NCBI GenBank assembly: GCA_964016885.1
Contig: OZ024741.1
Span: 149,420,001 to 149,484,000 of the forward strand
DNA: 64,000 nt
DNA from: Eledone cirrhosa
Taxonomy: Eukaryota
Direction of reading: 5' to 3'
Below, in pieces: positions 12,351 through 25,762 of the stretch. Under the pieces are notes generated by a model. It ran no database searches and had not been told where the DNA came from. It saw only the letters and a list, made by a program, of their open reading frames with translations. Each line of letters opens with the position of its first letter. Positions within the stretch are counted from its first letter, which is position 1. Position numbers and translations under genes: made by a program.

Positions 12351-15300
12351 TGATTTCTTTATTAACCACAAGGGTCTACATAAAGTAGACATTAAGGACA
12401 GTACAGGACAATACAGGTTGGTACAAATGGGCATTTCTGCGTGTAAAAAAACAAGAAACAGAGGATGTAATAATAGAACAATGAAAAGATTCCCCAATAG
12501 GGGGGGAGACTTCCGAGGGACATTCGTGGAGAAAGCCCATTAAAAAGCCACAGTGACCCTGACCACCAGAGCAAGTGCCCTCTCCCAGTTTTCCACCTTT
12601 AATTTACAGACACATACTCAGAGTAGGCCCATTCACTCGGGCCATTCTTGCCTCTCTCACCCATCTTTCAACAAAATGCTGGGAAGAGAGCACTTCCCTT
12701 TCTACCCTGATTTTCCTTTTTAAATGAAATTTGAAAAAGTTAATCAGGGCATCACCGAAGAGGTAAGTGCTCGTCTTCAGCCCTTTCAAACGTGTTCACC
12801 ATACTATCTCTTTTGCCATGGCCACCAGACAGATAAAAACTGCCTGCCCTTCCAGGCTAAAGGAAAAGGGCGGGGCAATCCTCACGATGGACTCAGCTGA
12901 TAGCTGGATCCGTCCTACACGCGACAGCAGGTGTTCGACATAAACCCACAAGTCAGCAATGCTCGGACACTGGATGAGTGCGTGCAGGACGGTTTCGTCA
13001 CCCTGCGCGCATCTCGGACATGCCCGGCTGACGGCACCTCCATGCCTGTAGAGTTTATCCCGAACTGGCAAAGCTCCTCGGTAGCACTGCCAGGCCAGGG
13101 ATTTCTGGAAGTTGTCCATAGGCCCCGGCCCGAAAGTTCTTCCGAAGAGATTGGCTAGTTGATTTTCGTCGACGCCTAGAGTTTCCCCAAGTACGTCGTC
13201 GCTCTTCCCCTCCACTAATCCTCTATAGAATGCCAAGGTGGAGTTTCCACCGATCACATTGCCCGATTGGTCGAGGGCTGTGAGCGCCTGAAGACATTCC
13301 AGTCTCCAAGCGCTCCCTCTCGGTCTTCGCTTGACCCAGGACTGCAGCTCCGTCAAGGAGACGAGCTGGGGAAAGACGCGTCTAGCAAACGGAGACCACA
13401 CCTGATCACCGTCGAGGAAGAGGTGGAGATGTCGTAGCCTAAGCGCGTGTCTGCGCATTATCAGCCACGGCATTCCCAGCCCTCCACGTAGCGGGTGTTG
13501 ACAGCAGATGGACCGCCTGATTATCGGAGCGCGTCCCTTCCACAAAAAGCGAAAGAGCAAACACTCCAGCACAGTCAGGCAGGGCTTAGGACAAGGTATG
13601 ACGGTCAGGCGGTAGTAGATGACGGACACGATATATGCGTTAGCCACCTCCGCTTGACTTTTCAGGGATAGCTTCCTCTCGGCCCATTTCTGGGTGAGAG
13701 AAGCCACCCTGCTCGTCACCTCGTCCCAGTTTTTGTCCGTCTGGAGATCCGGACCGAACCAGACACTGAGCAATTTAACTGGTCCGTCCAGCGCCCAACG
13801 ACGCTGTTGGACGGCATGGACCTGCCTCTCCAGGTGCCGAGCTGCAGGCCCACTGACTTTTCCTGGTTGATCATTGCTCCTGTCACCGCTTCGTATTCTT
13901 TTAGTGTAGTGCCGATCGCCTCGATGTGTTTGGCGTTCGACACCACTATGGTGACATCGTCCGCATATGCTGACACGGATCTTCCGCATCCTAGTTCGCG
14001 CGGGACCCCCCTCAACGTCTCCAGTTTGTGCAGTAATGGCTCGAGAGTCAATACGTACAAGAGGGACGAGAGGGGACATCCTTGGCGGACAGAGCGCATG
14101 ATGTTGAACGGTTCCGAAAGGTGACCGTTAACTCTCACCACAGAGCAGATGTCGCTGTGCATGGCAGCGATCCAGCCTCTGAAGACGGGCCCAAAGCCAG
14201 CTGCCCTCAGGACTGCCGCTAGGTAACGATGGTCGACCCTATCGAAAGCTTTCGACTGATCTAAATTGATCAAGGACCCACCCGTGCCAGGTTCCCTAGC
14301 TACCCTCTCTACGATATATCGCATGAGGTGGAGGTTGTCGTGGATGGATCTGTCGGGAATGGCACATGTCTGCGCCTCTCCCACCAGACCACCAACGACA
14401 AGCGCCAACCTCTTTGTTAGCACCTTGGTCAAAATCTTGAACTCTGTGTTTAGCAGAGTTATGGGCCTAAAATTATCTATGTTATCCCCCTTGTTCGGAT
14501 CCTTTCTCAGCAGCGCCACAGCTCCTCGGCTCACAGAGCTGGGAATTCTCCCGTTCTGTTGCCAGTTGCAGTAGACGTCCGCCAAGAGGCCTCCGAACAA
14601 GTCTGACATCTGTACGTAAAGTTCATAGGCCAGACCATCCAAACCAGGCGATTTACCCCTTGTGCAGCTAGTCATTGCCTCCCGTACTTCAGCGGCTGTT
14701 ATCGGCTTTTTGCAACACTCCGCCTCAGTGGCCGAGAGCCGCGGCAGTCCGTCGAGGTACACACTAAAGTCCATCCCTCGATCCGGCCCGCCGCTGCCCC
14801 TGAACAACTGAGCGAAGTGTCATTGAAAAGCTTCACACATTTTCCCGGGATCGAGTAGCATGCGCCCGTCGTGGTCCACCAAAGACCGGATCGTGGCTTT
14901 GTTGCCACGACGCGCCTCCGCCACTCGGGCCCATTGAACGCCTTTCGTCCCCTCGTGTCTGAGAGCACGCACCCTAGCTCTGACAACGCAGCCTTCGTGC
15001 TTTGCATTGAAGAATTGGTCAAGGGCCAGTTTCGCCGCAAGTACGTCGGTCGCGATGCTTTTGCTAAGCGCCTCGTCTAATTTTCTAACTAATTCTCCCT
15101 TTGTTCTATTTTTCTCTATTGCTAAAGCCTTACTAAACCTAATGGACTCTATTCTAATTGCTCTTTTCAGAGCAAACCACCACTTGTTGTTGACGATGGC
15201 CCCCGTCAACGCCCGCTTAACTAGTTCGCTAATCCGGTCGCTGTAGGCCTTGCGCGCTGGTAAGGACGCGTTTAGCTTCCAGTAGCCGAGTCCTCGTCTA

Positions 15301-18173
15301 TGAAGCCTATCTAAGTCAAGCACACAGATCACGAATTTGTGGTCCGTGTAGCTGACTATCTTGAATTGTGGACAGCCTATGCTAGACCTATCTATTTCTC
15401 TACAAAATACTCTATCTAGATATGATCTGGATGACCCTATGCGATTTGTCCAAGTCCACATTGGCACATTCGGGAAATCCAATCGGTACCTGTCAGACAG
15501 TTCAAAACGCCTGAGCAGGTTGGTGAGGCTCTTGCACCCTCCTGCACCTATCCGCTAATCCCACACAGTCCCAGCGTGCATCTAAGATCCTGTTCCAGTC
15601 GCCCACTAACACTAAAGAGCGGGACGTTCCAAGAAAGGTCTCCAGACACCGGAAGAAATCAGGCCGCCCTGCTCCTGTCGGGGCATAGATGGCCACTAGC
15701 CTGAAAGCTTGCCCGTCTCCGCTGGTCACATCTAGCACCACCAACTTACCTTCTGGGTTCAGGAAGATGGCCCGTATGGCAAGATCCAAACCTCTCCAAA
15801 AAAGGACAGCAACTCCTCCCCCGATCCCGGACGGCTGGGAGATGCGTACACATCGTAGCCGCCGAAGATCGGTGCGAAGGCCCGTGCTTCGGAGATTCTG
15901 GTCTCGCTGATGGCCACTACATCTATGTTTAGTGACCTAAGGTCGTTGAGCAGGTGGCCCTGCTTCCATGACGACCCCAAGCCACGCGCATTTATGCTGC
16001 CTATTCTGAGTGAGGTCATGTTGAAATGGAGTGGAAAAGATGGGAAAGACCACTTACCTTACTTCTCGTAGAGGAAGGATGGTTTGTCCATCCTTTTCAC
16101 TGCTTGTGGCCTCCTCCGGAAGGATGTCTTTATAAATCCTCCTGGAGAGTGTTTGTCGGAAGTCTCCGATGTCTTTGGGGAATTTTTGTTTTAGTGTCGT
16201 ATACGTTTTCTGTGTGATGCGAGTGATTTGTATGTGTGGAGGTTGTGTGAACTTTTGGGTTGTTGTGTAGTCTTTTTCTGTGATGCTGGTGTTGTGTTGC
16301 ATGTAGTGTAATAATTGGTTGTTGTTCAAATTTAATGCTGTGTAGTGTGTATCGCTTTGGTTGTTTTGTTTTGTTTGCATTTGTTGCGGGTTTGTTTCTG
16401 TTACGCTTTTTGGTGACTTTTGTGGTGTTGGTGATGGTGGTGTTGGGGTTAATGATGGTGATGGTGTTGGTGTTTGTGGTGATGGGGTTGGTGGTGCTGG
16501 TGTGGATGGTGGCATATCTGTCCTAACTTTTTTGTTTGATAATTTATTTGTTTCCCTCTGTATTTTGATTTTGGAGGGGGAAGGAAGAGAATTTTTTCCT
16601 TTTTGGTTTCTTTTTTTCTTTTTTCCTGATACCGTTTCCCACTCCTCGTCGTCACAATCTGTCTCCAGTTGCGATAAGCCGGGGAGTGGAAAATCCTCCA
16701 CAGGCGTTGGTTTTGGTTGTGGCGTGGTGGATGGTGTAGGCGCTGGTGCTAGTTCTGGCGCGTTGGGTGGTGGTGGTGTTAGTTTTGCTACTGTTGCTGG
16801 GGTTGTTGCTGTTACAGTTGCTTCTGTTGTTGCTGCTACAGTTGTTGCTGCCATTTCTGCTGCTGGTGGTGTTGATGGTTGAGTCACTGGGGTGGGTAAG
16901 AGAGGTGGCCTCGACCTTTTAGCCTGAGGACAGAAAGCCTTTAGGTGGGTTCCTTCACCACAAACGACACACCTAGGCCTTCTGCCCTCGACGATTACGG
17001 TGAGGTGGCTGCCATCAGTGAGGTCTATTACCTCTGGGATCTCCTCAATGCTTTTATGGTCCGCTTGGATCAGGAGCTCCATCCCAGATTCGGACCAGTT
17101 CTCCTGCTTTTCTTTCGCTATTTCAATTATCTTGGTGTTGGCCTCGATGCCGGCGAGGATGGCAGCCATTAGCCAGGGAATTTCGATGGCCGGTGGAACG
17201 TGGGTCACCCTGATCTTCACGAGTCTCTGGCTACAATAGCTTGGGACGAGTGTGAAGTCGTCACTTCTTAATGGGGCCATGGAGTGTTCTCTGGCCTCCT
17301 GTGGTGTTCCAAAGAACACGTCCACGGTTCCATATTTCTGCCCACGTCTGATGTGGGGTTTTTTGCCCACAAATGTCCCAAATCTTTTTGGATTTGGGAC
17401 TCGGATGCCCGTTCCACTCGGCGCAATTTTATGTTAATCGTCCGATAAGACACAGTGCATAGGCGCCGATGCTCCATTTTATTTGGTGGGGGGGGGGGCT
17501 GACCCTGTACCCATCTTTCTTTACCATTCTCCTGGCTTCATCTAATTCCTCCTGAGTTACCTGGATTGTTTCGCATTTTTGGCTGCCTTTGCAAATGACA
17601 CGATGTTATTCTCATTGTTGTTGTTGTTGTTGTTGTTGTTATTGTTGTTTTTAGTTTCAGTTGTGGTGGTGGTGGCGTCAGTGGTGTTCGGTGTGGAAGA
17701 GTCCATTCTGGGTGAATCCATTTCGATGTCACGAGATAATTTATTTTTTTCTTTTGTTTCTGTTGTTGCTGTGGTGGTGGGGGTGGCGGCTTCAATACCT
17801 GCAGTCATTGGTAATGGCGGGAAATGAATGTCTGCATGAGACAAATTTAAATTATTGCTACTGCTTATATTTTTAGTGTTGGCAAACATAGTAATATTTA
17901 CAATGGTGGTGTCGGTGTGAGGTGTTAGTTTGTGAGGAAGGTGTGACTGTGAGTCGTCCATGATTTTTCAAAGAAATTTTTGTTTGATAATTATAAAAGT
18001 TTAAATTTTGGGCTCAAGGCCTCAATCTTTTTGAGTGTCCTTTTCCGAAAGCAAATTTTGTGACATTATAAACAGTTAACAACAAAAAATTTCCATAAAT
18101 GGCAATTTTAAACAAACGAAAACAACAAACCTTTGCGGAGCTCACGATGATACGATTTCCTACGTAGGTCGCC
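12351..18173 (-). mobile_element. Near-full-length L1/Tx1-type LINE: ORF1 (~17961-16054, frameshifted, zinc knuckle) and ORF2 (~16019-12604; APE, RT, CCHC; several frameshifts)
   Basis: ORF1 CVVCGEGTHLKAFC. APE motifs SINARGL, ISET, GDWN, SYLDR and TDH. RT motifs KSPGLDG, FRPITLLN, RQGCPLS and YADD. C-terminal CPRC...H...C. Flanked by (AAT)n on both sides. Confidence 0.93.
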
Positions 18174-18182
18174 AATAATAAT

Positions 18183-20250
18183 GACCGAATCAAGGGTAAT
18201 GATGTTACCAACTATAGACCTATCACATGTCTGTCCGTAATGTGGAAACTGTTGACAAGCATTATGTCTGAGGAAATCTACCATCACCTCCACATAAACA
18301 ACTTGTTACCGGACGAACAGAAAGGATGCCGAAAGAAGTCCCGTGGTACAAAGGACCAGTTACTTATTGATAAGATGGTAATGAGGAATTGCAAGAGGAG
18401 ACACACTGGTCTTGCCATGGGATGGATAGACTACAAAAAGGCATTTGACATGGTGCCTCATTCTTGGATCACCAAAAGCCTAGAGATCTTCAAGGTGGCA
18501 GATAACATCAGACAGTTGTTGGGCAAAAGTATGAAGTCCTGGAAAACAGAGTTAACATCAGCTGGAGAATCCTTGGGAGGCGTGAAGATCAAGAGAGGTA
18601 TCTTCCAGGGAGATAGTCTGTCCCCTCTGTTGTTTGTCCTTGCCCTGATGCCCCTGACCATTATACTGCGAAAAGTGAGAGCAAGATACAAGTTGGGAAA
18701 GGGAGAGCTTACCATCAATCACCTCCTCTTCATGGACGATCTTAAGCTCTTCGGAAAGAGTGAGAAGGAGTTGGATGTGCTTATTGACACTGTCCATATT
18801 TTCAGCAATTATATATGTATGCAATTTGGTATTAGTAAGTGTGGAGTCCTTGTGATGAAGAGGGGTAAATTGAGCAGAAGCAACGGAATCCAGGTACCAA
18901 CAGGGGAGATGATAAAGGAAATCGACACTGAAGAAGGATACAAGTATTTGGGTGTTCTGGAGGCTGATGACATCAAGAACAAAAACATGAAGGAATTGAT
19001 AAGATCTGAATACATTCGGAGAGTAAGGAGCGCATTAAAGTCACATCTGAACAGTAGGAATGCCATAAGTGCAGTAAATTCCCGAGCTGTGTCTATTATT
19101 AGGTACAGTGCGGGAATTCTGAGATGGAATGTTGCTGAACAAAAAGAAATGGATAGGAAGACTAGGAAGCTATTGACGACTATCTACAACATGTTCCACA
19201 AGAGGAGTGATGTCGATAGACTCTACTTAAGGAGATCTGAAGGTGGAAGAGGTCTTATCAGCATAGAGGACTGTGTTCAGATGGAGAAAAATAACCTACA
19301 CAAATACATGATGATACTAAGGAGCCAATGCTCAGAATTGTACTGAAGGAGAGGACAATAGACCAGGGGATGTCTAAGGAGGAAATAACAACAAGGAGAA
19401 AGAGCAGCCTTCATGAAAAATCCCTTCATAGTACCTTCTTTGAGAAAACTGAATTCAGAGATCCACAGACATGGAACTGGTTGAAAAGAGGAGACCTTAA
19501 AAGGGCTACAGAAGGAATGTTAATGGCTGCGCAAGAGCAGGCTCTCAAAACGAAGTGGTTGAAACACCATATTTACAAGGAGGAGGCTAGCCCACTGTGC
19601 AGGATCTAGGAGAGAGAGAGAGAGGAGACTGTGGCTCACATTGTATCCGAGTGTAAACACCTAGCCCAGACTCACTATAAGGGCTGGAGACATGATGTGA
19701 TGGGCAGGGTGATCCACTATGCAAAGTAAACAATTTACCACATTCTGAGAAGTGGTATGAGCATAAGCCAGAGTCGGTGATAGAAAACGATCAGGTGAAG
19801 GTGCTGTGGGATTTTAGGATACAGACGGACAAGAAACTGGAACATAATAGGCTTGACCTGGTGGTTTTGGACAAGGAAAAAAGATTGTGCCTGATTGTGG
19901 ATGTGGCCTGCCCATTCGACACGAGAGTGAAAGAGAAGGAGAGGGAGAAAATTAACCAATACCAGGACTTAAAGAGGTAAAAAGGATTTGGAACTGCCAT
20001 GAAGTCAGAGTCGTCCCGATTGTCATAGGCACACTAGATACTATCTCAAAGAGTTTCCAAAGATGGTTAAAGAAAATTAGTCCAGCCCCGCTTTTTGGAA
20101 CACTTCAAAAGGCATGCTTGCTGGGAACAGCAAGAACCCTCCGATACGTCCTGAATATCTGAGGCTGGAGGTAGCGGCTTGATATTCATTTTAACAAACT
20201 TTCCAGTTAAATAACATCAATGACTGACACTCAAAGAACAATAATAATAT
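18183..20250 (+). mobile_element. 5'-truncated R4/Dong-like LINE (RT, CCHC, restriction-like endonuclease)
   Basis: [46 protein letters not shown] and WDFRIQTD...DVACP...EKINQYQDL; ends in aacaataataat. Confidence 0.92.
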
Positions 20251-20570
20251 ACAATTTTTTTTTAAAAAGGAAGAATATGTAAAACATTACACTAATTTGA
20301 AATATGAAATTCTTAAGTACTGTGTAAAACAAAAGTTAGCAAGGTCATGATCTTGCCAATTGTCATTGGAGTCTTGGGAACTGTGACATAAATTTGAAAG
20401 TAAACCTTGGAACACTAGACATTATTTGGGAGTGGGCGTGGTGCAAAATAGTTGTTTAATTGGATCAGCAAGGATTATTCTGAAAGTCTTTGACACAAAA
20501 TAATGACAGTTCTGAACAGTATGGAAGGACCTTAATAGAAGAAAAGATAAGTTAAAATGGTGGCAGTTAC

Positions 20571-20808
20571 CTTTGCCCATGTGGCATAATTTGATTTGTC
20601 TTTGGATTCAGGATACTCCCAATCAATTTCCAAACCATCAAATCCATATTTCCTGAGATAGGAGATGGCCTGTTTATTAAATGCTTCTCTGGTGGTATTT
20701 GAAGCAGCTATGGCAGAGAAAGGCTCATTACCCACTCTATAGCCACCCACAGTGAGAATAACTTTCAAATTAGAATTCTGTTTTTTCAGGTTGATCACTT
20801 CTTTGTAC
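20571..20808 (-). CDS. GH18 chitinase coding exon 3, carrying the catalytic motif FDGLEIDWEYP
   Basis: ttctcag| acceptor and |gtaac donor; 238 nt, phase 2/0. Contains KVILTVGG and a DxxExDxE motif. Confidence 0.96.
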
Positions 20809-21658
20809 CTGAGAAGAAAATAAAATTATATAAATCAAAATACAAATGCATCAAATATACATACATGTATATTATATACATATATATATCACATACAAAA
20901 GGATGACTGTATGGTGCCTGTGTGTGCAGTCGATGCTGCATGGTAGTGAAACATGGGCAGTGACTGCAGAAGGCATGCATAGACTAGAGAGAAATGAAGC
21001 AGCCATGCTTCGTTGGATGTGCAACATAAATGTACACATCTAACAATTAGCAGTGTCACTCCATTACCACCTAGAGGTAAATGTGTTGGAGTTACGATCA
21101 TAATCTTATGGGTTTGATTCTTGGACTGGTTTGTGTTCTTGAGCAAAACACTTCATTTCACATTAATCCAGTATACTCAGCTGAAAATGAGTACCAGCTG
21201 TGAGTTTAACCCTGTGGTGGACTGGCGTCCTGTCCAGGGAGCAACTCTTGATCTCTCAGGCACTTCATGGATATTGTTTAATGTCTATTCTTATACAAAA
21301 AACTGCGTAATTTGACGGCTGCAGCTTGAAAAGGTGCGTCTCCCCCATATTCATATTAAGAGCAAGTTAAAGGTTGGGAAATATGGATAATGTCTGAGGT
21401 AGGGTTTATAGAGGATGTCTTAGTTCTAATATAGACATTTAGTTCATGATTGGCTTTGTTTTTATGAATGTTTTATTTATGAGTTTGGAATTCAAAGATC
21501 TTATCCACTAGATGTCTTGTTTATTGTTGGCTTTCTTTTCTGAGTCTATTATTTACGTATATGGCAGTCTATAATTACTTTGCATTTGTTCTAGGTTTAT
21601 CTACATTCAGATTTATGTATCTGACAGTCCTACTTGCTTATTTGAATATTTATATATA

Positions 21659-21709
<51 letters not shown>

Positions 21710-21901
21710 AACAATAGTAGTTAAGTCGGGATTAAATCACCATAATTGTTTATTGCACTATATATATTTCTGCTACATAGTTATTCATGTGATTTTGTCA
21801 GATGCACACGCAATCATTGGTGCAGTTATGCAATCATTGTGATATGCTGGTGGCCATGCACGTCCATCCAGTAGTGAAGTGGTTAGGCCTACTATATATA
21901 T

Positions 21902-21959
<58 letters not shown>

Positions 21960-21964
<5 letters not shown>

Positions 21965-23521
21965 AATATAGTGAAGAGTTTAGCGTAAAAGTTGGTGTCC
22001 ATCAGGGCTCTGTTCTTAGCCCCCTACTATTTATTATTGCCCTTCAGGCTATAACAGAGGAGTTCAAGACCGGCTGCCCATGGGAACTCCTATACGCAGA
22101 TGATCTAACGCTCATAGCTGAATCAATGGCCAAGCTAGAGAAGAAATTCCAAACATGGAAGCACGGCCTAGAATCAAAAGGCCTTAAAATTAACCTGGCT
22201 AAGACTAAAGTTCTAGTTTGTAGGAAAGATAATAAGGCGGCGGTCCCTTCTGGGAAATGGCCAACTCCATTTTATGTCCTAAATGCAAAGTATGGGTGCA
22301 TAAAAGATGTAGTGGGATCATAGGTAAGCTAACTAAGAACTTAGATTTTACATGTGGCCGGTGCTCTGGTGCAATAAGTAGCAGCAAGTGCCCACAAATA
22401 CTAGCTCCTTCAACTGCGCAGAGGGTTCTATAGAAATAGTGGACAGCTTCCGTTACCTGGGTGACAAAATCAGCAGTGGGGGAGGGTGCTCTGAAAGTAC
22501 AGTAGCTAGAGTCAGAACTGGATGGAAAAAGTTCAGAGCTTATACCACTATTAGCCGCTAGAGGGTTCTCCCTAAAAATGAAAGGCAGGTTATACGATGC
22601 CTGCATATGAACAGCAATGCTGCATGGCAGTGAGACCTGGGCATTGTGTGCAGAGGATATACGCAGACTAGAGAGGAACGAAGCTTGCATGCTCCGCTGG
22701 ATGTGCAATAGTAATATACGTGAACGGCAAAGCATAAACGAACTAAGGAAAAAATTAGAAATAAGAGGGATCAGATGTTGTTTACTCGAGAGAAGGCTAC
22801 GTTGGTACGGTCACGTGATGCACATGAAAGACGACAGCTGTATAACAAAGTGCAGGGCAATAAAGATAGACGGTAGCCACGGAGTAGGCAGACCCAGAAA
22901 AACCTGTGACGACATGATAAATTCCGACCTCACACGCTTACACCTCTCCAAGACAATGTCACTGGACCGAGACCTTTGGCGGTACTCAGTAATAGAGAAG
23001 ACCCGCCTTACCTAAATACAAAGTAAAAACCTACTACAGTCAGTAGGCATCTCTATCAAAACACCCCCCGGTCCCACCACCTCCACCCCATCCACACCGC
23101 CCCTTTCAATGTAAAGTTATGTTGGTCCCACAACATCCAGGCCGAAACAAATGAGATCGTGTAGGTGTCACGACAAAAAACACACAGTCCACGCTGTAAA
23201 TGTGGCCGTGTAGGCAACACGGTAAAAACCTCCCAGCCCCACACTGTAAATGTGGTTGGTGTTAGGAAGGGCATCCAGCTGTAGAAAACCCGCCAGACAG
23301 TCCACGCTGTAATGTGGCCGTGCAGGCAACACGGTAAAAACCTCCCAGCCCCACACTGTAAATGTGGTTGGTGTTAGGAAGGGCATCCAGCTGTAGAAAA
23401 CCTGCCAGACAGTCCTATGCGAGCAAGACAACCACTCTTGCCTCAAGTGGGAAAACCCCCGTCCAAACCCATGCAAGCGTGGAACACGGACGCTAAACCC
23501 GATGATGATGATGATGATGAT
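21960..23521 (+). mobile_element. 5'-truncated RTE LINE with 3' UTR (internal ~89-bp duplication at ~23200-23410) and (GAT)n tail
   Basis: GVHQGSVLSPLLF, LLYADDL, MLHGSETW and GRPRKT motifs; tail at 23501-23521. Confidence 0.92.
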
Positions 23522-23971
23522 ATATATATGTATGTATATATGTATATATATGTATATATATATGTATATATATATATATGTGTGTGTATATATGTATATA
23601 TGTAAATTAAAAAGTGACAAAGTTGCTGTATGGTTCGATATGTCTTTCATTTTTGTCTTCTTTATTTGTCGTTCTCTTCATTATCGTCTGTGTTTTATTT
23701 TTTTTTTTCCTAGATAGCTATCCTTCTTAATTATCAATGCACTGTGGTGAGATGTTCTGTCTTTAATGCATTTGAAACATCAGTGGTCCACAGAGCACAG
23801 CCGATGAGCGGCAATTGTGTTTATGTTTGTGTTTCTCTTACGTTTCCTAAATAGTTCCATGCAAGCGTGGAAGATGGACGTTAAACGATGATGATGATGA
23901 TGATATACATTTATATATATGCATATATATATGCATATATATGTATTTATATATATATGTATATATATATA

Positions 23972-24016
<45 letters not shown>

Positions 24017-24072
24017 TTTGAATTCGTGTTTGGCGGGGGCCACTTCAGAAAATAATATGTCCTAGTGAGTTT

Positions 24073-24151
24073 ATCCCCTGAAGAGCTCTAAACTCGAGTA
24101 TGAACCTTAAATAAGGTATCTCAAAAGAGAGCGAAACCAAAGGGTCGGGAT
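24073..24151 (+). ncRNA. Type-I hammerhead ribozyme fold (predicted cleavage after GTC, 24146)
   Basis: ATCCC-CTGAAGA-GCTCT[38-nt insert]AGAGC-GAAAC-CAAAGG-GTC-GGGAT: complete core with helices I, II and III. Confidence 0.85.
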
Positions 24152-25029
24152 TTGGTGATTTAATCCTGGTATGTATATAAGCATTTTTAACATTAATGTT
24201 TACCTAATTATGTATGGTTGACCGTATATTTAATTAATTTCCACGTGCTGTTGAAATGTTGGGTAAATATTCTATAGCGGTTGGACGCGAAGACGCTGCT
24301 GTGGCGTATTTATCTACTGTTTCTTCATAGGTGTCTTTTATTCTTATAGCCTGGTCTAATTGATTTTTTGTGTGGTTAATTATGCTGATTGGGAGTAGAT
24401 ATGATGTATATATATTATCAAATAATTCTCTGGACATGCTTTACTCTATAGTATATATATACATATATATATACATATATATATATGTATATATATATAT
24501 ACATTCAAGTGATCGGTGGCCTTTAGACTCACCTGATCAATGAAACAATTGTTAATACTGTAAATAAAACCCTTTTTGTACAACCGACCATATTATTCTT
24601 CACTCTTTCACTACTATTACTCCAAGAATAACCTACATGGGAATTCTCGCAAACTCGCTACCTAACTAAGGAAACCTCTTGTTGAGTCAAACAACGCTGT
24701 ACGTTAAAACTATCCAAAGTACAGAGTACTCACAACCTCTAACTGGATTACCTAAAACGATTACTTGTTATCCCATATATATATATGTGTGTGTGTGTAT
24801 ATATATATGTATCATTTTATCATTTTACGTCCGCTTTTCCCTGCTTGCAAGGGTGGGATGGGAACTGATTCTGGCTGGATTTCTACATCTGGATGCCCTT
24901 CTTAACACCAACCTCATTTAAAGTGAGTGCTGGGTGCTTTTTTTCCGTGGCACCTACTCGTCCACTTTACAGTGTTGGCTGGGTACTTTTTTGCCGTGAT
25001 ACCTCCACAACCACTTTGCAGTGGAATGA

Positions 25030-25198
25030 TAGGGACTGGGGTCCCCATCATCTCATTTCTACAGTTGAGTAAACTGGAGCAATGTGAGATAAAGTGCCTT
25101 GCTCAAGGAAACAACACATCACCCGGTCTGAGAATTGAACTCACAACCTTTCGATTGCAAGACCAATGCTCTAACCACTAAGCCATGTGCCTCCATAT
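25030..25198 (-). mobile_element. tRNA-derived SINE (same family as 33943-34193)
   Basis: The reverse strand reads tggcttagtggttagagc (A box)...gagttcaattc (B box)...tgttgtttccttgagcaaggcacttt. Confidence 0.85.
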
Positions 25199-25639
25199 GC
25201 CTCCATACATATATATACATATATATAAATATATATAAACATATATATATATATACATATATGTATATATACATACATATATATATATATATATACACAT
25301 ACACAGATATGTATGTATATATATATATACCTATCTTCCTCAGCTATTGCTCCCTCCCCAGAACTGAGAGGACTCTAGAGTTGGTGCCATGAAAATGCAC
25401 CTGGTACACTCCGTATGGACATCCAGCCATAGAAAGCTTACCAAACAATGAGTTAGGAGGACCCTTCAGTTTGTGTCACAAGACACAACTTCTCTGCACT
25501 TGATAATGACCATACATAAGTGGGATACAGACCTCCTTGGTTTATCTGGAATGTCAGTGTGCCCCGCTTCAGTACTTACTTGTCTGTGTAGACCCATCCA
25601 ATCCTTACTAGCAGGGAAAGTGGACATTAAATTATGATG

Positions 25640-25679
<40 letters not shown>

Positions 25680-25724
25680 GTTTTTGGCTTGTATTGGCCG
25701 ATAGTGCTTCTTATAGCTTTACTT

Positions 25725-25762
25725 GCCCTGATGAGTCCTTAATAGGACGAAACATTGTTGGC
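25725..25762 (+). ncRNA. Minimal type-I hammerhead ribozyme fold (Penelope-type)
   Basis: GCC-CTGATGA-GTCCT-TAAT-AGGAC-GAAAC-ATT-GTT-GGC, within a ~130-bp insert between (TA)n runs. Confidence 0.75.

Noticed and set aside
24532-24553. CTGATCA-AT-GAAAC-AATT-GTT
   Set aside because: No helix II or helix I and an altered core; it cannot be called a ribozyme.
21561-25392. YI/YM-rich and poly-D/M ORFs (also 12146, 31600, 32956 and others) and antisense ORFs over TEs
   Set aside because: They are translations of (TA)n, (GAT)n, (AAT)n and (GATA)n microsatellites, or shadow frames of retroelement ORFs.
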